DNA from: Bacteriovoracia bacterium
GTDB lineage: Bacteria; Bdellovibrionota; UBA1018; CAIPTA01
Reading direction: 5' to 3'
DNA: 64,000 nucleotides
NCBI GenBank assembly: GCA_050246755.1
Contig: JBFWVL010000001.1
Coordinates: forward strand, 1,248,001 to 1,312,000
Below the pieces are notes generated by a model, which was not told the DNA's origin, searched no databases, and worked only from the letters and a program-made list of their open reading frames with translations. Numbering within the stretch: the stretch's first letter is position 1; every line of letters begins with the position of its first letter. Position numbers and translations under genes: made by a program. Shown piece by piece: positions 58,509 to 64,000 of this stretch.

Positions 58509-59678
58509 TCAGGCACTGTGCTCCGCATTGAAAAGCTCCACGGTTCGATCAAGCACCGCCGTATCAGGCAAGAGCTTGAGGCTCGCCGTTCCGCCCTCAA
58601 TCTCAATCCCAGCAAGACGGATGTACCGCTGCATGGTCTTGATGTCTTTCCAACCTCCCATTTTCATCACAACACCAGGAGCCACGCGGTCGCGGATAAG
58701 CTGGGTCGCCCAGCAAGCCCGCAGGGTGTGAAACTTGATGCTCGGAAACCCGCAGCCATCACAGAAGGCCCGCAAGATTTTCGCCTGCTCCCCACGGCTC
58801 CAGGCAATGGGGTGAGGCAGAACGAACTTGTCGTCTCCTGTGACCGCCTTCAGCTCTTGCAGGAGCTTCAGGACTTGCGTGTTCCCGATTGGAACTGAGC
58901 GCCAGTAACGACCCTTGGTGGGGCCGATTCCCGTTTTGCTCGTCCAGTTGCGATGCACATAGATAAGGTTGTTTTCAAAATCCACTTGATCCCAGTGAAG
59001 CGCGTACAGCTCACCGGAACGCATTCCCGTGAAAAGTGCTAACGCCCAGTGATGGAACCACTCGTGCTTGATTTCGCCCGCGTACTTCAGCAAATCCCGA
59101 ATCTGTGTGAGATTCAGAATCTCCGGCATCTTCTCTTCTTCGCGGATCGAGCCTTTGAAGCCCTCCGTGGGAAACGAGACGACACCCTTTAGACGCCCAG
59201 AAAGCGTCGCCCAACGATAGACCGCATCAACCGCGATCCTTAGACGTTTGCGCCGCGATACCGAGACTGTCCGTTCAACGTGATCGAGAGTTTTCCAAGC
59301 CAGCGCACGGTCGACTTCTTTCGCGTGCAGCCGCTCCCATTCCTTGCAATGCGTTCTGATGACAATGGTGTAATCAGCAATCGTATTGGGATTGAGTTGT
59401 TTTTGGAAAATTGTCTCTGCCGCGTTGTAGCCGCTTGCGACCTTCTCCCATTCATCCACAAGGGTTGACCAGAGAAGACCTTTTTGTTCGGCCTCCAGCA
59501 ATTCGCGCTCGGCTTCAAGGAGGAGCTTTCGCTCTGCCTTTTCTGCGGCGGCCAGGGTTTTGAATCCCTTTTGCCGCTTATCAATCTCCAGCCCAACTTG
59601 GACGGAACTTGAACGCCTTGCACGGACTTTGAAAAGCTGCTCTCCGGTTTTTGAATCAATATATGAACTTACCGACAT
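58509..59678 (-). CDS. Tyrosine recombinase/integrase
   Basis: TGMRSGEL, TK, FHTLR, GGW, RY catalytic residues; N-terminal arm-binding-like region (KGFKT..AA). Confidence 0.95.
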   Translation of the reverse strand: MSVSSYIDSKTGEQLFKVRARRSSSVQVGLEIDKRQKGFKTLAAAEKAERKLLLEAERELLEAEQKGLLWSTLVDEWEKVASGYNAAETIFQKQLNPNTIADYTIVIRTHCKEWERLHAKEVDRALAWKTLDHVERTVSVSRRKRLRIAVDAVYRWATLSGRLKGVVSFPTEGFKGSIREEEKMPEILNLTQIRDLLKYAGEIKHEWFHHWALALFTGMRSGELYALHWDQVDFENNLIYVHRNWTSKTGIGPTKGRYWRSVPIGNTQVLKLLQELKAVTGDDKFVLPHPIAWSRGEQAKILRAFCDGCGFPSIKFHTLRACWATQLIRDRVAPGVVMKMGGWKDIKTMQRYIRLAGIEIEGGTASLKLLPDTAVLDRTVELFNAEHSA

Positions 59679-59923
59679 TTGAATCCTCCTTTGCGAGAGG
59701 ACTCAATGAGCTGCTTCAATTCGGACTTCTTAAACAACAGTCGTCCAAACGGTTTGTAGAAGGGAATCTTCCCTTGATTGACAAGGTTGCGAATCCGCTC
59801 CACACAAGGCGTTCCATCTTTGCGTAAGATACGCAAGTAAAGTGCCGCCTCGGAAGCACCCAACCAATCAGAGCCGTCAAAGCTAAGATTGATCGCCTGC
59901 TTCGGCGTGAGACTTACTTCCAT
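59669..59923 (-). CDS. Excisionase-like helix-turn-helix protein
   Basis: WL...EAA.YL...IRNLV..GKIP..K..GRLLFKKSEL; directly upstream of the integrase. Confidence 0.85.
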   Translation of the reverse strand: MEVSLTPKQAINLSFDGSDWLGASEAALYLRILRKDGTPCVERIRNLVNQGKIPFYKPFGRLLFKKSELKQLIESSRKGGFKCR

Positions 59924-60093
59924 AAGTCACCGCCCGTTTGAACTTCCAGAACTACTATTCGGTTGAGAAAGAGCAAATCACTCTTTTTACAGAGTGAAAA
60001 ATCAGATTTCACCATAGCAAAATCCCCGTGATTTTTCAAGAAATGAGGGGCGAGTGCGAGGCGGAAATCAGAGACGAAATTCGGACATTTTAC

Positions 60094-60513
60094 CTATGAA
60101 AATTCGTCTGCATGGGGCGTCTCAGAGTCCGCACAAATGGCTTCTGTGGATATTTCTTTCGGCGCACGAGGCTTGCGCGGTTTCTTGGGTTTTACGCTCT
60201 GCTCGTCGCTCATTAGAGCCTGTAGCGAGAGCGTTTCGCCGCGACCTTTTGCGTCTCGCACCCGTTTGAGGGCCTGCTTCAAGAATCGCTCCTGATCGAA
60301 GAACTGCGCGGCCAAGTCCGCTATCTCGCCCGCGCTCAGTTGTTCCGGCGCGTTCAGGAGATACCAGTTCAAAATGTCTTTCCTGAATAGCGAGACTCCT
60401 GCTTTGGAGTCCTGCACTTGCTTGATCCAACCATCGACGCGCTTCATGGCTTCCTCATAAAGCGTTACGCGGTCGTATTTCGGAATACGCTTCTTTTTGA
60501 TTTCTTCAGACAT
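60094..60513 (-). CDS. Hypothetical protein of the element, possibly DNA-binding
   Basis: 139 aa basic ORF with TAATG coupling to the upstream gene. Confidence 0.65.
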   Translation of the reverse strand: MSEEIKKKRIPKYDRVTLYEEAMKRVDGWIKQVQDSKAGVSLFRKDILNWYLLNAPEQLSAGEIADLAAQFFDQERFLKQALKRVRDAKGRGETLSLQALMSDEQSVKPKKPRKPRAPKEISTEAICADSETPHADEFS

Positions 60514-60734
60514 TATTCAGCCCTCCACGTCGCAGGCTTTTCAATGATGTAGAGGTAATGGCCCTCTTCGTAGCGGTCAGATTCGATTTTGTCTGGAATC
60601 CATAGCGTTTTGACTTCGGCGTTCCTCAGCGATGGCGGGAGTTTCTTGTCTCCATTCGCTGCGGGTTTCTTTCCTATGGTAGAACACCCAACCAAGAGAG
60701 ATACAAATAAGGAAACTATAATCGTCTTTTTCAT
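60513..60734 (-). CDS. TraV-like conjugative lipoprotein
   Basis: Start at ATG 60734, lipobox LLVGC, LWIPD...EGHYLYII.KP..W resembling the TraV C-terminus. Confidence 0.6.
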   Translation of the reverse strand: MKKTIIVSLFVSLLVGCSTIGKKPAANGDKKLPPSLRNAEVKTLWIPDKIESDRYEEGHYLYIIEKPATWRAE

Positions 60735-60832
60735 GCGGAAACTCTCCTTCGAGCTAGAACAAATAAGGATTTGGGAGCGTGAGATTTTTGTAAGGATGGG
60801 GAGTGATGCGGATTTTGATGCGGAAGGTGTAG

Positions 60833-61741
60833 TCATGCACGAAATTTTGAATTTCGGGCCGCTGAGGAAGTGCTTGAATTGAATCGCTTTAGATGGAAGT
60901 TGAGCATTTTCTCAGCGTAACCGTGGTGATGGGTTGGAGACGGCCTGGTTACGGATTGGTTACGACGAGCACTTTCTAAAAAATTATGGATGGATGATCC
61001 GGCGTTAGGGCCGAGGGCGATCACGGAAGCCCAGCCTGATTTTTTGAGATCATCGAGCAGCACGAAATTATGAATGTCTCGATAGCTGTTTGCGGTCGCC
61101 TGAAATGCGGCAATCATCGAACTTGCATGGCCCTTGCTTTGAACGATCCAGAGGACAGAGCTGATGCTTTTTTCTTCTGAGTAGAACACACCCAGAGCCT
61201 CGTATTCGTTCGCCCGCTTGCGACTGATTTCGACTTCCAGAGCTAAAAGCGTTTTGGCATTTGATTCGGGGAAATACCAAATTCCGTCTGGCTTGTGGCT
61301 TTGCAGTGGTCTTGCCCACCTGGGAAGATCGACGCCATCAATGCGACGTAACTCCTGCTCAGTCACAAAGCGAACGTCGGGGGCAGCCCCTTTTGGAATC
61401 CACTCACCATAATGGGCTGCAAGAACATGAAGGTCATGCCCGACGCTTTCGGAAGCATAGCCCACTTCCTTAAGCGTTAAGAGATTCGGCTGGATTGCTT
61501 TAAAACCCTTTGCCGTTAGCGTCCACACGCGAAAACTTCCCGAATCGTCTGAGCGAGTATCTAGGCAGCCTTTCTTTCGGAGGATCAGGAGCCGCTTGTA
61601 AGCCGTAAATTCCTTCCAGCGAAAGTCTGCCTCGAAGCGAAGAAAGATTGCCGAAGTGGAGGCAACCTTAACGCGCCAAAGGAAATGCAGGATCGGAAGC
61701 TCTGTGTTTGCCGAGAGCGAGAAAATCTTTTTCTTACTCAT
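60833..61741 (-). CDS. Replication-relaxation (Replic_Relax, PD-(D/E)xK fold) family protein
   Basis: N-terminal winged-helix pattern (LT.KG), GHDL, KPDG, ALEVE. Confidence 0.7.
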   Translation of the reverse strand: MSKKKIFSLSANTELPILHFLWRVKVASTSAIFLRFEADFRWKEFTAYKRLLILRKKGCLDTRSDDSGSFRVWTLTAKGFKAIQPNLLTLKEVGYASESVGHDLHVLAAHYGEWIPKGAAPDVRFVTEQELRRIDGVDLPRWARPLQSHKPDGIWYFPESNAKTLLALEVEISRKRANEYEALGVFYSEEKSISSVLWIVQSKGHASSMIAAFQATANSYRDIHNFVLLDDLKKSGWASVIALGPNAGSSIHNFLESARRNQSVTRPSPTHHHGYAEKMLNFHLKRFNSSTSSAARNSKFRA

Positions 61742-63201
61742 ACGCCGACCTCTTTTGAATCTTCGCTAGGATCGTCAAGCGGAGTGACCTCATTAGAGGT
61801 GATGACTTTCTTCTCTCTCATCGGACTCAAAAGGGCCTCGATTTTGTCATCGGCAAGAAGGGGCACCTGCACCTCCGACATTTCAGTTCCATCGCGCCAG
61901 ATAGCACGGCCCTTGATGTCGGGAAGGTCTGCGGCGCGAACGCTATCTAGGATAGTCATGCTGGAGGCGTTGTCTGGCATGTGAAAGCAAAGACGGCCCT
62001 GCAAGTTTGTCTTGATCGTTCCGTCGATCACTTTCACATCGGGACGCTGGGTAGAGACGATGACATGAACGCCGACCGCGCGGCCTTGAGCCGCAAGCTG
62101 CGCCACGACCCGGCGAGCCTTAGAAGCACCCTCCGCATTTAGCTCCGCGCCAACGAGGAATAGCTCGGCAGCTTCATCTACAATGACAACGTGACGGCCA
62201 AAATCCTTGTCCGACTTGAAATCATCCGTCCATTTTTTCTTGTCTTTAGGGAGCGCGAAAAATTCTTCGATTTTATGACAGCTATTTTCTAGGAGAAACT
62301 TTGCCCGCTTTGCGATCACGCCTTGAAGACGGGCAAGGCGCTCGACCGCTTCTTGCGGGCGAATGATGACTTGAATCCTCGGCAAGTTATGAAACTGGAT
62401 CGACTCAAGGCCGTTCTTAAGGTCGATCAGCGTGAACTCACACGAGGGATTGTTCAAGTAAAGGGTCGAGATGAATTGCTTGAGATAAGTCGATTTACCG
62501 GAGTTACTTGTTCCTGCGATCAGCAGGTGCGGCGTCGATTCCAGGCTTGAGCGCTTCTGACCCGTGCGGGTGTTGCCGATAATGAAATTATAGCCTCTGT
62601 ATCCATAGGGGCTATCCAGGGTGATGATCTTCGGGATGTCTTTTTCGGCGTACTTGATTTTAATGAGGCCCTTGGTGCGAGCCTCCTTCATCTCCTCGAT
62701 GAATCCGAAAACATCCGTCTCCAGCTTTTCCCGCGCCTGCTTAAATGCCGAGAGCGGAACGCCATTCATGGAAAGCACCATCTCGCGCACACCACCATCA
62801 ATCGGGCGGTCAGCAATGAACGAAGGGAGGCGGCCCAAGGTGGTCTTAAGCCCCGCCTCGATGAAAATTGCCGTCAGGGTCGAAAGGAGCTTGTGTAGTT
62901 TCACGGCCTCCCTGATTCCCCAGAGCCAAAAGCCAGAGGTCAGAAGGGCCGCCTGGAACGTCCAATAAATGATGGGGTGATTGTATGGGTAGAGAAATGC
63001 GAGATGCGCTTTTTTTAGAAGCCACACATCAGCCCCGCAGGCAGTGAAAACGCTCAACATCACCGCCCACGCGCCACACTCGAAATAGGGAATAGTGCCC
63101 TTTCGCACGCCGTGCGCGACCTCGACGAAGGGGCGTGATAGGCGCTTCATTGCCCTGATAAACTTCCCGATGTTGTCCTGCTTTTCAGTTTTAGTTTTCA
63201 C
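61738..63201 (-). CDS. FtsK/SpoIIIE-family DNA translocase / coupling protein
   Basis: Two N-terminal TMs, PHLLIAGTSNSGKS, IDLK, VIVDEAAEL, GRAVGVH...STQRP. Confidence 0.9.
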   Translation of the reverse strand: MKTKTEKQDNIGKFIRAMKRLSRPFVEVAHGVRKGTIPYFECGAWAVMLSVFTACGADVWLLKKAHLAFLYPYNHPIIYWTFQAALLTSGFWLWGIREAVKLHKLLSTLTAIFIEAGLKTTLGRLPSFIADRPIDGGVREMVLSMNGVPLSAFKQAREKLETDVFGFIEEMKEARTKGLIKIKYAEKDIPKIITLDSPYGYRGYNFIIGNTRTGQKRSSLESTPHLLIAGTSNSGKSTYLKQFISTLYLNNPSCEFTLIDLKNGLESIQFHNLPRIQVIIRPQEAVERLARLQGVIAKRAKFLLENSCHKIEEFFALPKDKKKWTDDFKSDKDFGRHVVIVDEAAELFLVGAELNAEGASKARRVVAQLAAQGRAVGVHVIVSTQRPDVKVIDGTIKTNLQGRLCFHMPDNASSMTILDSVRAADLPDIKGRAIWRDGTEMSEVQVPLLADDKIEALLSPMREKKVITSNEVTPLDDPSEDSKEVGV

Positions 63202-64000
63202 TCATCCCCCGTTGTCGGCGAAGAAAAGGAAAAACTCTGTTCCGGCCTTCACCTCGATTACTGGCGCAGAGTTTTTGTATTCAGACGCAATCTGATTCGA
63301 CTCTTCGAGTGCAGCCTCGGCGGTACCGTTCAAGAGAGCGTTTCGCATAGTGGGCTTTCTGATCGTGGCCCCATATTGCCCTTCCGTTTCCTGAAGGGCT
63401 TGCGAAGCTCCCGAAAGAAATTTGAGCCCCACATTTGCCGCAAGTTTGATAGCGCGGCTTGCGATTTTCGATCCCTTTAACCCCATCGTCTTATCGGAGC
63501 TATCTGCGGCTTCCGCCGCCACCTGAGAAATATCACCGTCCTTGTGCAGAATTTTTGTGAACGCCACGAAAAGACGATCCTCAGTGGAAGCCCCTCGGCC
63601 CAAGATCGTCGATCCCGCCTCGATCAACGTTTCGCCATTCACTCGCACATCATCCTTCAAGATGGCTTTCACCGCTCCATTTGAGGCACCAGTCACTAGC
63701 TCGGCACGGACAAGAGTGCCGGGAGGAACTTGTAAATTTCTTGACCGCGCAATGAGCTTTGGGCCGGAGAGTTTGAGTGGAACTCCTGATCTTGGGGAAC
63801 GGCGGTTCTGATCCAACTGCCTTGCGTCCACGGCTCGGGAATAGTTGCCCTTTGTGGGATCAACTTGCTCCAAGCCGACCGAGGGAATCGACATCGGCGC
63901 ATGGGCTTCGATTGGTTCCTCGGGTTCACCGCGAAAGAAGGAAATGCCGATGGCGATAAACGCCATCAGCACCCCCGCGATCTTGTACCGCCTGCCTTGA
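63202..64000 (-). CDS. TrbI/VirB10/TraB-like T4SS core protein (5' end outside the window)
   Basis: TM followed by VPPGTLV.A.L.T, I.AGS.ILG, RLFV.F, D.....GL.G, I.V.AGT.F..FF; frame stays open to the window edge. Confidence 0.7.
   Translation of the reverse strand, partial: QGRRYKIAGVLMAFIAIGISFFRGEPEEPIEAHAPMSIPSVGLEQVDPTKGNYSRAVDARQLDQNRRSPRSGVPLKLSGPKLIARSRNLQVPPGTLVRAELVTGASNGAVKAILKDDVRVNGETLIEAGSTILGRGASTEDRLFVAFTKILHKDGDISQVAAEAADSSDKTMGLKGSKIASRAIKLAANVGLKFLSGASQALQETEGQYGATIRKPTMRNALLNGTAEAALEESNQIASEYKNSAPVIEVKAGTEFFLFFADNGG

Larger units (their letters stand above)
58395..64000 (-). mobile_element. Left end of an integrative conjugative/mobilisable element (continues beyond the window)
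   Basis: Co-oriented integrase, excisionase, TraV-like, Replic_Relax, FtsK and VirB10-like genes; left boundary approximate. Confidence 0.8.

Noticed and set aside
1-64000. CRISPR arrays, rRNA, IS elements, riboswitches, defence systems
   Set aside because: No regularly spaced repeats, transposase motifs or recognisable structured RNA seen by eye; intergenic gaps are mostly short; weak signals could have been missed without a covariance-model search

Overview
Bacterial chromosomal window. The protein repertoire (GYF/TPR protein, many exported Cys-rich hypotheticals, mfd-surA synteny) suggests a Bdellovibrionota/Oligoflexia-like organism, but this is inference. From left to right: (1) the start of a canonical nuo operon (nuoA, nuoB, partial nuoC; minus strand). 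(2) Directly upstream of it on the same strand, an intact, translationally coupled 12-gene second complex I-like operon (A-B-C-D-H-I-J-K-L-M-M-N, no E/F/G). It keeps all Fe-S ligands but appears to have lost most conserved proton-pumping and quinone-site residues. (3) mfd, two parvulin/SurA-type chaperones, a large TPR protein, serS and tRNA-Ser(TGA). (4) Accessory genes, including a PTP-like protein lacking the catalytic Arg, an SLT-like protein, a vitellogenin/MTP-like two-gene pair, a GT2 + two GT-C glycosylation set, an ABC-2 exporter, pepN, a zinc-less Fpg and sua5. (5) An ~11 kb operon gst-thioesterase-map-menFDHBACE that ends in an SdpA/DUF5819-like + HTTM (vitamin K-dependent carboxylase-like) pair. 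(6) The left end of an integrative conjugative element (tyrosine integrase, excisionase, TraV-like lipoprotein, Replic_Relax protein, FtsK ATPase, VirB10-like protein) that runs off the window. No rRNA or CRISPR array was seen. All family calls come from motif recognition by eye, not from database searches.
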